A DNA stretch of 63,727 nt, the filler included, from Octopus bimaculoides (lineage: Eukaryota), in assembly GCF_001194135.2 (NCBI RefSeq). It is 6 parts of 6 records of this genome, joined end to end, with 100 filler letters (N's around TTAATTAATTAA, not from the genome) between each part and the next. Parts side by side here need not be neighbours in the genome. Positions count along the whole stretch, not along the records: positions 29,092 to 55,850 come from NC_068985.1; positions 55,951 to 62,291 come from NC_068989.1; positions 62,392 to 63,727 come from NW_026415300.1; 3 more parts are not named here. One strand, given 5' to 3'. Both the position numbers and the translations under genes were made by a program. Below the pieces are notes generated by a model that saw nothing but the letters and a program-made list of their open reading frames with translations, was not told the origin of the DNA and searched no databases. Shown here one piece after another: positions 50,215-63,551 of the stretch (positions are counted from its first letter, which is position 1; each line of letters starts with the position of its first letter).

Positions 50215-51135
50215 TCATCATTATTGAAAGTTTAATCATTCAAAGAATTTTTCAAATTTCGAAATAAATGGTAATCTGATGGTGCAAGGCCAGGGCTATA
50301 AAGTGGATGTGGCATTACTTCCCATCCAAGCTCCAATAATTTTTCACGTGTGTGGTCTAGCGTTGTCATTACGATCTGCTAATTTTGGCCGTTTTTCTTT
50401 GATTGCTTCACCCAGTTTCATTAGTTGTTGACAGTAAACATCTGAATTGATCGTCTGGTTCATTGGAAGCAGCTCAAAATACACAACACTTTTGTAATCG
50501 CACCAAACTGACAACATGACGTTTTTGATGCAATTCACCTTTCGATGTGGTTTGTACTGGTTCATTACGCTTGGACCATGATCGTTTTCGATTGATGTTA
50601 TTGCAGACAATCCATTTTTCCTCACCAGTGATGATTCGTTTCAAAGAAAGGTCGATTTCATTGTGTTTGCAATGCATATCGCAAATATTGATTCGTTGTG
50701 TTAGGTGAATCTCTTTCAATTTATAAGGAACCGAAATATCGAGCTTCTTTACGAATCCAAGACATTTTAAGTGATTTTGAATTGTTGTGTGTGATACATT
50801 TAACCTCTTTGCAATCTCTCGCACAGTTATATGGCACAGATTCAATTATGGCTTTGATTCAGTCCTCATCAATTTCAGTAGGTCGACAAAACGTTGGTAA
50901 TTTTTGAGTGAAAAATCTCCAGAACGGAATTTAAAAAATTATTTCTGACAAGTGCGTTCAGTTAAGGAATCATAAACTTCATATATCTCTTTGTGAAACT
51001 CAGCAACTTTCTTGCCTCTACGGAAATAAAAAAGCAAAATATGGTGAAAATGTTCGTTTTTGCACTCAATGTTAAAATTGACTCTGAACTAACAGATGTA
51101 AGCAAAATTACGGGCAATTTACTTCCAAAGTAATC
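50215..51135 (-). mobile_element. Decayed mariner (DD34D, Mos1/SETMAR-like) transposon
   Basis: EHFHHILLFYFRRG.., TVREIAKRLNVSHTTIQNHLK.LG, RIITGEEKWI, VMLSVW, INSDVYCQQL, DNARPH, YSPGLAPSDYHLF; several stops and frameshifts. Confidence 0.93.
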
Positions 51136-53339
51136 GTCTTATTGTATATATAAATATATGCATGGACACACATACAGACACATTCACGCACAGCGTAAAC
51201 CCTTAATTATGATAGAAAAGTAAATATATCCCTTCATATCCATCCATCCATCCATCCATCCATCCATCCATCCATCCATCCATCCGGTGTGTATGTGTGT
51301 GCGTGTATTGATCTTATTGTGATTATGCTTACAGATACAAATCGGTGTTTCTCACTTTTATGTCAACACTGTTGATAGTGAAGTAACAATAGAGAGATAT
51401 CTTCCTTGACGGTGGTACTCCAGTATTGTTGTACTCTATTTTCTGCAACCAGTTTAAAGTAAGTATAAACAGATCAAGCACATATAAATATATTCGTAAA
51501 ATATATTTCTTAGACTCGAAAGACGCTTAGTTCTGTGTACTATTCATCCAATATCCATTTGCCCATACACACACACGCACACACGCACACAAACAGAAAC
51601 ACACGTACACACACACGCACACGCACACACACACACATTCACACGCGCATTCATGAGTGGCGGAAGAAATGAAAGGAAGTTGTCCACAACACACTGAATT
51701 GGAGTTATAGATATGTAATAGCAGTTTGATTCAGGTCTACACTGAAAATTCGTGGGTGTTTAACGAGTCTTCACTCTCAGAAGTTCACAGGCAATGTGAA
51801 AAGAATTTACTAGAAATTGAAAATACCTTATTTTCGCGAGGATTTAGGCCTCCATCTGTCACGTAGTTGTTATAATTGTCTCAATGAAATCAGTTCTGTT
51901 GCTGGATTTCTCACGTGGTTGAGTAGACTTGATGTCGGCGTCAGTTAACCGGCATTCCGTAGCTTAAGTTATTCCAGCGACACCAGTTCCTAAATCTGAT
52001 GCAGAGAGAGAGGATGTTGTCGTTAATAGACATAGTCAGCATGCTGTTAGGTGTGGTAGGTAGCAAGCCAGAGTTAATGTGAGAGGGATTTTGATGATGT
52101 CAGGTTACATATAAATTCGCCTAATTTCACGGGTAGCAGGAATCCTATGCACTATGCCATTGTGAGCCAGCCAAAGTTAGGGATACACGCTGGTCATACA
52201 AGCGCATACGTTAACTGATATCCTCAAATTTGTCCTCTCCGGAGGTGTTTATGATTCAGTATCCAGTAAAACACTTGATGGTGGTGATAGTAAGCCAGAA
52301 ACGGAAACTAGTTTCGGCTCGGAAGCTGCGGTCATGCTAGGGCACCACCGTTGGCTTTACTACACCTCCACTATTTGAAACCTCCTCTAATATGTGACAT
52401 TTCGTCAACGAGGTAGTTTCGTGCTGCTGTCCTCAATTGTGTTTCGTGCTGTGAGGTAGGCTCATCTGGTATCCTTGACAAGAGGAGATCCAGTTTTGCT
52501 TTGGAGACACCTACATCCAAACTATGATAGTCTCTGAGGCATTATGGAAAGATACTGAAGCGCTGTGGACACACACGCATGTATGTGTATATATATATTG
52601 AGAACTTTAATTGCAATAAAACAAAACATATATACCAAAACTAAGTAATAAAGCACATAAACTTATAGCACACGACACTAACAGAATGGGAACTAGCAAT
52701 ACTAAGAAAAAGTATAATAACAGAAAAAAGAACAAATAAAAAAGCGAAGGTAATTAGACGATGTATGAATGATGCCAATAAATCCACTAATCACGAAGGC
52801 CACAGTAATAACCCAAGACATTATCTGCAGAAACCGTGTCCCTAGCACCACTAATGGCGGTATTAATGCACATAGCCTAGATAATAAGACTAACGATAAT
52901 GAATATATTACACCACATGCATCAATCTAACAGCTATAAACTTGTGCCGTTAACTGGCTCATACTCCCATACGCAAAGCAAATAAAGACCGATTTAGTTA
53001 AAGCTAATATTTAACATTATAAATAAATACCTTGATAAGAATAGCAGGTGTTCGAAACTTATTAATAGTAGAGTAATAAAGATAGGTTATAGTTTCATGC
53101 ATAGCTTAGCCAGCATCATTTCTCCCTAAATAATAAAAAAACTAGACATTTTCTATTTATGTAGAAGCAACAAGAACAACAACAGCGGTAATAGTAAGAA
53201 TAAAAACAACCCCCTAACCACTCCAAATTTAGTAAAGGGAACATTCAGAACCATAATAACCCTATTAACCTTAATAGACCTAGCACTATCCTACCAGCAA
53301 GTAATCCTCCCCCCAGCACAATCTATATGACTGTAGGAA

Positions 53340-53720
53340 TAAAGATAATTGTGCCCTTTGAAATACCTCTAAAAGTAAAGATGTAATTTACCAGTGTACA
53401 GTTTAGTAAAAGAATATAAATAGGAGCTACACAAAATGAAATGAAAGGAAAACTAGCCGCACACCAACACTCTTTTAGAAATAGAAATATGATTAACTTG
53501 ACCGGATTAAGTAAATATATTTGGGAACTTAAAAATAAATATACTAGATTCGCTTTAGAATGGAAAATCCTCGCGCCGCACCTTCTTACAATGTAAAAAA
53601 AAACAAGAAATGCCATCTTTGCATCAATGAAAAAATGTTCATACTTGCGGCACAACACCCATTACTTAACTTGAAGGAAGAGAGAAACAAGCCTGCCTGC
53701 ACAAGGATAACTTTACCATC
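53340..53720 (+). mobile_element. Penelope-like GIY-YIG remnant (same type as 24800-25190)
   Basis: KDVIYQCTV, IGATQNEMKGKLAAHQHSFR..GLSKYIWELKNK..EWKIL, PSYN..KKCHLCINEKMFIL..LLN. Confidence 0.82.
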
Positions 53721-55666
53721 GCTAAATATAAATAGCATTAGAGACTCTTGCACCATCCCCCAAAATAGCACCCAGAGCCCTTCACCACAGAAACAGTAGT
53801 TCTCGATATTGAATGAGGGCATATATAAACTCCTAAATTAAAGCTAGTTTACTAGTATTACATACCTGGGTCCTTATGGGGGTTCCAATAGTAATATCCC
53901 TATCCCTTCACCAACATATCCGTGTTTAAATCCCACCCCCCATTTATAACAACTAAATACATAATATATATATTTATTAAGTCATTTCTCCCTAATATAA
54001 CCTACTCACCCCTATAACAAAGCCAGTTCTTTCAATCATGAACCTAATTTGGAATACAGGGGTATCAGTACTTAATCCCCAATGATGATCCCCTAAAAGG
54101 TAGCCTGTAGCCGCCATCTGAGCTAAGGCTGTACTGACAACTAATTTTTTCTCATCTGAACTTTTTATACCATGGTTTAGCTTGCTTTTACCAGCTTCAA
54201 TCTGGACCTAATTTTCAGCCAGCATACTGGTCTACCTTCATTTATTGTGGACCTAATTAGGCCTACCCATTTAGGACCCCCACCGTAGAACATAACTTAA
54301 TTTTAACAACATAATATTAACTACACACCACTCTAGATTGTATAGGCCTGTACCTGGCATTGCAGTAGACGTCTTCCCATGAGCTATTATTATCCTTAGG
54401 AATATTGTGCATGAATGGAAGTGAAATTTTGTGGTAGACCACATATGGCTTCACTCAGGCAAGGGTTAAGTTTAGCAAGTTTAGTAATATGAACAATTTA
54501 ATATTAATTATTATATATATTAATTATTATATATATTATATATATATATTAAGTAAGATTTAATAAACTGTAGTAGGACCCTGAATTTGTAACCATGTTA
54601 GTAATTAGCAAGTGATTTAACTTGTAATCGTTTAACTATTTTGAGGCTTTGTACGTTTGCGCTCTCGTATGTCTAATAGGCAGAATGCACTCAGGAACGT
54701 GTAGACTTTTACTTGTTCGTCTAGTATAACCACCACTTGGAAATATGTTGGCTATTTAAGACGTTAGATTTAGCATTATATTTCGAAGGTAAATGCACTA
54801 GCAGCCACCTCCCCTAACAGTAGTCTCCCTTTAACTGTCAGTTAGTTACTGCCTATGGTTGCTGGTATTTATTTTATGTTGAGATGGTGTAGAACGACAT
54901 AAACGGCCTCGTGCCACTTATTACATAGTCTTCCCCCCACACCTTTTATTTACTGGTTTATTTCTTTATATATATCTACCCCTATAACGGTCTTAGCTTG
55001 CCCTTGGTTTTAAATGTAACTGACCAATTGTAGGGATGGCTGGACTTTGGTCAGTTCCATTACGGACAACAGGTTGTTGGTCTCTAGAATATTTCAGCAA
55101 GTACACTATTATAAAAACTTTACGGGTATGTTTTTGGATAAATATTAATTAACTCTATTTACGAAATCACAAGTACTATTCTTTTTCTAGACTAACTGGC
55201 CATTCCTCTTATACTTAAGTACTAGTTTTATTTTACCATTAATTATACACCCTGGTACCCTATAAAAAGAGTTAAACCCACTAATTATTTTTGTAGATTA
55301 TTTGCTAGTTTACTCTTTCGCCCATCGACTTCAAGCATTACACTGCAAAATGGTATGATTCTAATGTATTGAGCCTTCTTGCCTCATCTCGAGGCCCTGT
55401 TCTTTGCTCTTACGTCTTCCCTTCTTTTATTTTATGTATTTGTATTCACTTTGATGAAGCTCCACGTACTAGATCGGATGTGCTATAATGATGACGAATA
55501 TTATGTTCGGAATTTTCTTTGGAGGCACCGATTGACATTGGTAGCTAAAATGGCCGTAAGCAATGTTAAAGTTTTGTATTAAAAAATAGTTAACCGATGT
55601 TGGTTAATTTGTTTGTTTGTTGATCAAGAGTTTTCTCCATTTTCTGCTTATTATATACATATATAT

Positions 55667-55825
55667 AGGCGTGGCTTTGTGGTAAGTAGTTTGCTTCCCA
55701 ACTACGTGGTTCCCGGTTCGTCCCACTGTGTGGCACCTTGGGCAGGTGTCTTCTACTGTAGCCATGGGCCGGTCAAAGGCTTGTGCGTGGATTTAGTAGA
55801 CGGAAACTGAAAGGAGCCTGTCGTA
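55667..55825 (+). mobile_element. SINE family A
   Basis: GGCGTGGCTTTGTGGTAAGTAGTTTGCTTCCCAAC..CCCGGTTCGTCCCACTG..GACGGAAACTGAAAGGAGCC. Confidence 0.88.
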
Positions 55826-55850
55826 TATATATATATATATATATATATAT

Positions 55851-55950
55851 NNNNNNNNNNNNNNNNNNNNNNNNNNNNNNNNNNNNNNNNNNNNTTAATT
55901 AATTAANNNNNNNNNNNNNNNNNNNNNNNNNNNNNNNNNNNNNNNNNNNN
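55851..55950. other. Artificial scaffold-join spacer
   Basis: 44 N + TTAATTAATTAA (55895-55906) + 44 N. Confidence 0.95.
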
Positions 55951-56190
55951 TCTTTCTCTCTCTCTCTCCTTGCATAAATGTGTGTGTATATGTGCGCTTG
56001 TTGTATGTCTCCCTGAGCCATAAGCGAAACGTATTTTGACGGACTAACGATTATAGATTAAATACACACACAATGACACACATATATGTATATATATAGA
56101 AAGAGAGAGAGAGTGAGAGAGAGAGTGAGAGAGACACGCAAAGAGAGAGACAGACAAACAGACATATTTATTTATACATACATACTTATA

Positions 56191-56670
56191 TACAGAATGT
56201 TCCGAAAAACTATTACAAACAATGACTGATTGTAAACATCAACTAACACGTTCGGTATTTGTGTGCATTCTCGGTCAGTGCCTACCTTCAATTCGTCGAC
56301 TGTTGCCCATCTTGTATTGTAAATTATATCTTTTAAGAACCTCCATAAAAAAAATCGAATGATATGAGATCCAGTGAACTCGGAGGGTATTCTACTGAAC
56401 CTCTTTGTCTAATCCACTTGTTTTGAAAAAAATCTCATCAAGGTAGGAGCCTAACATTAATATGGTAGTGCAGGAGTACCCCATCTTGCTGGAAATAAAA
56501 CGACTCTTCTTCAAAGCTCTCTTTAATGCTTGACATGAAAGATTGTCACAGCAAGTGCAAGTAAATGGGAAGTCATAGTACCATCCCAAAAGGAATCGTC
56601 CAATTAAACTTTTTGATGATGAGCTGCACCATACCGTATATCCTGGTAAATTAACATGATGCTCTTCTAT
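56191..56670 (-). mobile_element. Decayed Tc1/mariner-superfamily transposon, DD41D (rosa)-like catalytic C-terminus and one end
   Basis: [53 protein letters not shown]; about 42 codons between the two Asp across compensating indels. TA-CAGAATGTTCC TIR-like end at 56191. Confidence 0.8.
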
Positions 56671-56671
56671 A

Positions 56672-56748
<77 letters not shown>

Positions 56749-56929
56749 AGAAGCAAAAACAAAACAAACAATATCCCAAAAATTTTTGTGATGTTTTTAT
56801 AGCTTTAATAATAAAGCGTATTACTCTACCCCCGGTATTCGAGTACTATTTTTCCCACCTTGTTTCATATCTATGTGCTTACTCTGGTATACACACGCGC
56901 ACACGCACGCACATACATACATAAGCGCA

Positions 56930-57090
56930 AGACTGGCTTTGTGGTAAGAAGCTTGCTTCCCGACCATATGGTTCCGGGTTCACTCCCACTGAGTGGCACC
57001 TTGACCAAGTGTCTTCTACTATAGCCTCGGGCCGACCAAATCCTTATGAGTGGATTTAATAAACGGAAACTGAAAAATGCTCGACGTATA
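56930..57090 (+). mobile_element. SINE family A
   Basis: GGCTTTGTGGTAAGAAGCTTGCTTCCCGACC..CCGGGTTCACTCCCACTG..CTCGGGCCGACC. Confidence 0.88.
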
Positions 57091-57239
57091 TATATATTTA
57101 TGTGTCTGTGTGTGTAGGTTGTGTGTGTGTGTAGGTTGTGTGTGTGTGTGTTTGTCCTCCACCACCGCTTCATGTAGACCCTGATATGCAATAAGATGGA
57201 ATGGTTAACAGTTTCGCTAATAACGTCTCGAATTTCCTT

Positions 57240-57685
57240 AACATTCTTTTTTCCCTTTCATCCGTCTTCTCCGCCGACTCTTTAGGAGAGTCGTGGGGGT
57301 GGAGTCCTCGGACACCACCCGCATAGGGTGCTATCAGAAGTAACCGCCATTAGACTTTCTGGCTGTATTCCCAAGCGTGACCAACCGACACTACAGATAT
57401 TATCCAACCATCTCATTCTTGGATCTCAACTGCAAGATCTCTTGACGGCTGGTTTGGCTTGAAGGATTCGTCTTGTAATTCTTTCCTGCGACGTTCTTAT
57501 CACATGTACGCGGTACCGAAGCTGTGACTTTTCAATGCGTGAAATTCCTTATTTCCGAGATACGCACCTTGTCAAGTAACTTTACTCCAGAGACCCTTCG
57601 TAGATACCCCATTTCGGCCACTTGTACTCGCGATCATGCCCTTCCGGTCATTACCCAAAATTTATAACCGTAGGTGACAATAGGC
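57240..57685 (-). mobile_element. RTE LINE of Rex3/Expander type, RT C-terminus
   Basis: WVMTGRA*SRVQVAEMGYLRRVSGVKLLDKVRISEIR and GWSRLGIQPE, typical of Rex3/Expander elements. Confidence 0.8.
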
Positions 57686-58539
57686 ACCAAGACTAAATTG
57701 AAGATAGAGTGTTTGGCCTTTTTGCCGGACAGATTTTTATCTTTATCGGTCGACGTGTATTCAGACGGAAATCGCTGTTATATCTAAGTGTCATTTCAGC
57801 CATTTTTATGCAAATAAATTCTGATAGTTTCTTCCAGGTCCTTTCTTTAAATGAAGTAAGCAAGGACTCATAGAGCAAAAGCAAAGTTTCTTTCAGCTGC
57901 CCTAAAAGGAAGGCGTCCCAAGTGAGAGGGATCCGACTATCTCAGCCAATTATAAAGAGGAAAAATTGTTTGACTGATCTTAAGGATTACCAGATAAACT
58001 ATGAAATCCCTTTGGGACAATTCTTGGAAAGCACATGACCCATAAGATAATTTCTGAATAACACATGAAGGCCTCTTAACATAATTTCTAGTCAACATAT
58101 GAAGGTAATTTAAGATATTAGCATCATTTCTGAATCCAATATGAAAATCCCTTGAGAATTTGTTCACACATTATTCCTCAACAGCTGAAATAAAAAATGA
58201 TTTAATCTTTTATTTTCCAACAGCATCTAAGTTAATTTCATATTGAAACTAGTCGTGTTCTGGTTAATAACTTTTTCTGTTGCCTTCCTTTTCGATCAAT
58301 AAAAAATAGCTTTTACTGAATCGATTTAATCAATCCCAGTATTATTTTATTGTCCCCGAAGGAAGTACCGTTCATTTTTTAGGGTAGTTAATAAGAACCA
58401 GTGTAATATCACATCACACTATTTGACTGGTACTTATTAACTGCTCACAAGGGTGAATGACACAGACGGTCTTGGCGGGATGAGATGGCAGTGCAAAGTG
58501 ACGAGACTGAATACCGATTCTGTTAATTTGAACTCAATT

Positions 58540-58895
58540 AATAATAACAATAATCCTTTCTACTATAAGCACAATGCCTGAAATTTTTGGTGAAGGGGAT
58601 AGTTGATCGCATCGACCTCAGCACTTGACTGGTACTTAATTTATCGACTCTGAAATAATGAAAGGCATTTCGACCTCGGCGGAATTTGGAAACTATTAAT
58701 ATCTTTTCTATTTTAGGCATCAGGATTGAAATTTTGAGAGAGGATCTAGTCGATTACAGCGATCTCAGTACGCAACTAGTATTTGTTTTATCGACCCTGA
58801 AATGATGAAAGGTAAAGTCGACTTCAGTGGCATTTGAACTCAGAACGTAAAGCTAGAAAAAATGCCGCTAAACATTCTACTCAGAATACTAATGA
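58540..58895 (-). mobile_element. Two tandem partial SINE family B copies
   Basis: Two reverse-complement copies of the GTACCAG..TCGATAAA..GTCGAC..GAACTCAGAACG body. Confidence 0.75.
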
Positions 58896-59471
58896 GCAAG
58901 CCTTGTCACATTCTGTGTCACACTGAATCTCCTTGAGAACTACGTTAAGGGTGCGTATGTCAGTGGAGTGCTTAGCCATTTGCACGCTAATTTCACGAGT
59001 AGGTTGTTCCGTTGATCCTATCAAATGGAACCCTCGTCGTCCTAACCGACGGAGTGCTATTTATGAAGATAACAGGATATGGGATTAGCGTCACTTACGG
59101 AATGGTTTCGTGATACAGTACCATGTCAAGATATACTATCTGAGAGCCATTTAGTTTGCTTCGTCTATTTAGTACTCTGTGTAACTAGGAGCAATAGAGT
59201 CAGCCACCAACACACCTCAACTACTTGTACTTAGTCTTACTTTGCTGTGACTCTTTCCTTTTTATCAGAGCCATAAGTGTGGTCCTTGTCCCTCGGTTCT
59301 GGTTGATCTTAAGTGTTAACTCCGCTCAGCTACTCCTGGGTCACCCGTCTAGCTTCTCCTTATCATCCGTATTCTGATCATCCCATCTCCTTGCACAAAC
59401 CACATGCCAAATCCTTCAGCCACAGAAAATATCATCGTCATCTTTCCCTCCCTTTCTTCCCTCCTCTCTCT

Positions 59472-59551
<80 letters not shown>

Positions 59552-60254
59552 TACCCCTCCCATCTATGTTTCTTCTACAGTCGTTAAGTTACACAAGTTC
59601 AAGTAGAACACCAACCACCTCCATCTCACCCATCTTTGAGAGTCTGGTGTCCTAACACAATCATCAGATACTGCCCACGTAGTATAACGAACTAATAGTA
59701 GCACATATATACATATATTGTTTATTAAATAATAATTATCTCTCACCAGGTGGAGTACATCTTTTTTTGATCTTACTATCATGGAACAGTACATTATAAT
59801 ACATACATACATACATACATGTGTGTGTATGTGTGCGTGCGCGCGCGCATGTGTATGTCTGTACTGGGATATTGGAATATTGAGATGGTCATGACTTTCC
59901 AGAAGGTATTGAGACGTTGTGATGTTCATGCTTTCCAGGAAGTATAAGTGACATCAGTAAAAGTCTTCCAATTGGAAATAGAAACCAAGACAAGTATTTC
60001 ATTAATGTATGTTCTGATGAAAACAATAATGGTGAAGGTGGTGCTAATGAGGTTGTGTAGCCCTGATTAGTCAAAGGTGTTCTAGCCATGACCATCTCGT
60101 TTTTTCTGTGAGTCACTGAAATACATTCTCGATGTTTCCTTCTTTTTTTAAGACGGCAGAATAATTTGAAGATGTTGTTATTTTTAGCATAATCATCGAC
60201 CATCTAGAGGGTCCTTTGTTCAGACTGTTTATTGTTGTTGTTGTTGTTGTTGTT

Positions 60255-61000
60255 AGAGCTGGGAGCTTGCAGAATCGTTTGCATCCCGACCAAAATGCTT
60301 AGCGGCATTTTGTCCGTCTTTACGGTCTGAGTTAAAATTCTGCTGAGGTCGACTCTGCTTTTCATCCTTTTGGGATCGATAAAATGAGTATCAGTTGAAC
60401 ACTGGGATCGATGTAATCGGCTTACATCTTCCCCTGAAATTGTTGATCTTCTGTCAAATTTTGAAATCATCATTATTATTATCACGATCATCTGCATCAT
60501 ATCTGAAAGGTAAAGTTTACTTCGGTCTGATTTGAAACCAGAGCATAAAGTACCGAAAGAATTGTCGTAAAATGCGAGGCGCTATTTATTCTGACTCTTT
60601 GTCCTCAGCTCAAATCCCACCAGCGTCAGCATTGCTTTTCATCCCTCTGGGTTCGATAAAATAAAGTACCAGTCAAGTACTGGGTCGATCATATTGATTA
60701 ATCTCTTGTTTCAAATTTCAAGTCCTGTGCTTACATTAGAAACAATTGTTATTATTATTATTATTATTATTGTAAAGGCAGAGGGGGCGAGCTGGCAGAA
60801 TCGTTAGTACGTCTGGCAAAATACTTAGCGGTATTTCGTCTGTCTTCTCGTTCTGAGTTCAAATTCCGCCGAGGTCGACTTTGTCTTTCATCCTTTTGTG
60901 GTTGATAAAATAAGTACCAGTTAAACACTAGAGTAGATGTAATCGATTATCCCACTTCCCGAAGTTGCCGGCCTTGTGTCAAAATTTGAAATCATTATTA
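60255..61000 (+). mobile_element. Cluster of three SINE family B copies
   Basis: Copies at about 60255-60460, 60560-60740 and 60780-61000 (GAGCTGGCAGAATCGTTAG..GAGTTCAAATTCCGCCGAGGTCGACTTTG). Confidence 0.8.
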
Positions 61001-62291
61001 TTTAAAGGCAGCAGCGTTGGTAGTGTTAGTGGCTATGGTGATTGCGATGATATCCGTAGTGATGATGATTGTGAGAGAGAAAGAAAAGGAAGGAGATAGA
61101 GAGGTGGATATAACATCACACCCATCGTCACTAACAGCAACAAATATTGTTGTTGTTAGTGACAGCGATGTGTGATTTGAATTTGTGGTAGTGAAGATGG
61201 TATCGTTGCTGTCTACGACACACAATATGTTTATATTAGGGTTTAAAATCAACATTGAAACTGTAGCACTCGCTGACATTTGTCTTCGACCAACACATTC
61301 CCAGACATTTAAATTTAGTCCCCTCTAAGTTTCTGTCTGCTGACAATATTGCTAATCTCAACTTAAAACTTTTCTCTCTGGAATAACCCCAAAAAAAAAT
61401 TTAAAAAAAAAAAAAACGTAAAACACTTGACTGTTCTTTTTTGTCCTTCTGCCCTGTACATTTCTCCCTATTGTTTTTTATAATAATGCATTGACACTGT
61501 AGAGCCTCAAGTATTTTTGTTGATACGATATCGAATAAACAACGATCAAGAGGCGAGCTGTTTGTATCTTGTCTTAGGAACTGTGGTGTTCTTAGAAATA
61601 ACACATTTCCATTCCCACTTGGTTCATCCCCTCAGTGTATATATTTCATTGCTTTGACTAGACAAAGTAGTGATTGTCTTTTCAAGTTTATTTTTATTCC
61701 TAATTATGCAACAGAAATTCTTTATATAATATTCTTAAAGTATTCATATCGTTAGAAAGTCAGAGGCTGCATTTTTCGTCCGAGAAAAAAAGATCACGTG
61801 ATAGACTTATTGTGTTAAAAATCACAATATACTTCAGAGCGTTGCTTTTCAGCGATACACATACGTTAAGTACATCATATAGCTAAAGATTTTACTGTAA
61901 AGCTGCTTCTGTTCCATAATTTGAATCTTATTCAACCAAAGTGGCGTTTCGGAAATGATACGGGTACATGACACTGACAAGCCGCACCAACAGTGAAATG
62001 CGAATTTGCCGCTCTCGCAGGCACTTCCGGGACGATTTTGTTGCGCCTAATTCTGAAGTATATTGTGTGTTTTAACGCAAACTACTGAAAATTCAAATTT
62101 TTTAAAGAACTCCAAAATTTGTGAATTTACAAATTCTTCATTTAAATTGAACTTGAAGTAATGCCATTTAAGTAGGGTAACAATAAATGCTTTATTGCTG
62201 TCTTTAGATTTGGACCGTAGGCCCAATTTAGGCCTCCACAGGAGCGTAAAAGTTCGCACAGAGTGCGCCTTTTAAACTATTGAATATATAT

Positions 62292-62391
62292 NNNNNNNNN
62301 NNNNNNNNNNNNNNNNNNNNNNNNNNNNNNNNNNNTTAATTAATTAANNNNNNNNNNNNNNNNNNNNNNNNNNNNNNNNNNNNNNNNNNNN
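62292..62391. other. Artificial scaffold-join spacer
   Basis: 44 N + TTAATTAATTAA (62336-62347) + 44 N. Confidence 0.95.
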
Positions 62392-62439
62392 ATATATATA
62401 TATATATATATATAAAAATCAAAAAAAGCAACACGGATT

Positions 62440-62810
62440 TTCAAGGTTATTGCAGTACGCAATAACCTATGTGAATAGGTACATCTCTTGATGGTATCCA
62501 AAATGTATGACCCGACAGGATTGTTGATTTCAGCCCCATCAAAGCTCCCCATAGAGGCATCAAACAATGGATCGCCTTTTTTCTTCACCCTGAAGGAATC
62601 ATCATGGACCAGAATTGACCTTCTAGCATTCATGATGATTCTGACTCAACGGAACTCCAGCACAGCTGCAATAGACTGGTTCTGTGGTATCAAGAAAAAA
62701 TCAGCCTGCAAATTCACCCAGTTCGACATTGTTGAGTTCTACCCTTCCATATCTAAGGCCCTCCTCTTGAAGGCCCTAGCTTTTACTGGACAATTTACTA
62801 GCATTAGTGG
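62440..62810. mobile_element. Penelope RT fragment with an internal inversion
   Basis: Plus strand 62647-62808: QRNSSTAAIDWF..KFTQFDIVEFYPSISKALLLKAL. Minus strand 62640-62440: IIMNARRSIL..VKKKGDPLFDASMGSFDGAE. Confidence 0.82.
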
Positions 62811-63551
62811 TGCGTTTACGTTCATGTAACTTAGTAGTCCAGTAAAAAAGGCCAATAAAAATAGTACCAGACATAAGGAAAGACCTGGTGTCAATTTCTT
62901 CCATTAAAATTCTTCAAGGTGGTGCCCCAGAATGGCCGTAGTCTGATGACTGATACAGATAAAAGAACCTCTCAATTCCTTGGTAACACTAAGGGAAGTA
63001 ACACTTGTTCACCTATCATATTAATACTATGGCATTGAAACCTCTCACAGTCACTAAAAATAGCAACCCAACTGCTTTTAAATCAGATCCCAATTCTGGA
63101 AGTTCAAGAACCAAATGAAGGGCAGATATTGAATCTTGGGATCATTCTGATTCCAAAATGGTGTAATATGTCTATGTAGAGCAAATGTAGACGCTCATTC
63201 AAATGGCTGATGGGCACATAATGTCATTCTTTAAATGGAGATAGAAAATTCCACAGTTACTTTGTAAACAAAACATAGACATATATATGAAGAAAATTTG
63301 AGTCTGAAAAGTCATCTATACAGCTTAGCACTGTATAGATGCAATGCCAATAGTCACTCTCTGACCAGCCATAACAACCAAACTTAAATAATATATGTAC
63401 TTCTTTTTTGGATATATGAGCTACTGCTGAGTGTATATATCTATTATTAATAAACACAAAATTTTGTCTGTCCGTCTGGGACCTCTGTATCTAAAGCTTA
63501 GCACTTTATAGGTGTGAAACCAATGGTTACTTTCTGACCAACCATAAAAGG

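Noticed and set aside
54070-54115. AATGATGATCCCCTAAAAGGTAGCCTGTA after the PLE GIY-YIG remnant as a hammerhead
   Set aside because: Both the CUGA and GAAA core elements are lost; at most a fossil.
59889-60203. 104-aa minus-strand ORF MVDDYAKNNN..
   Set aside because: No domain resemblance or splice support that I can justify.
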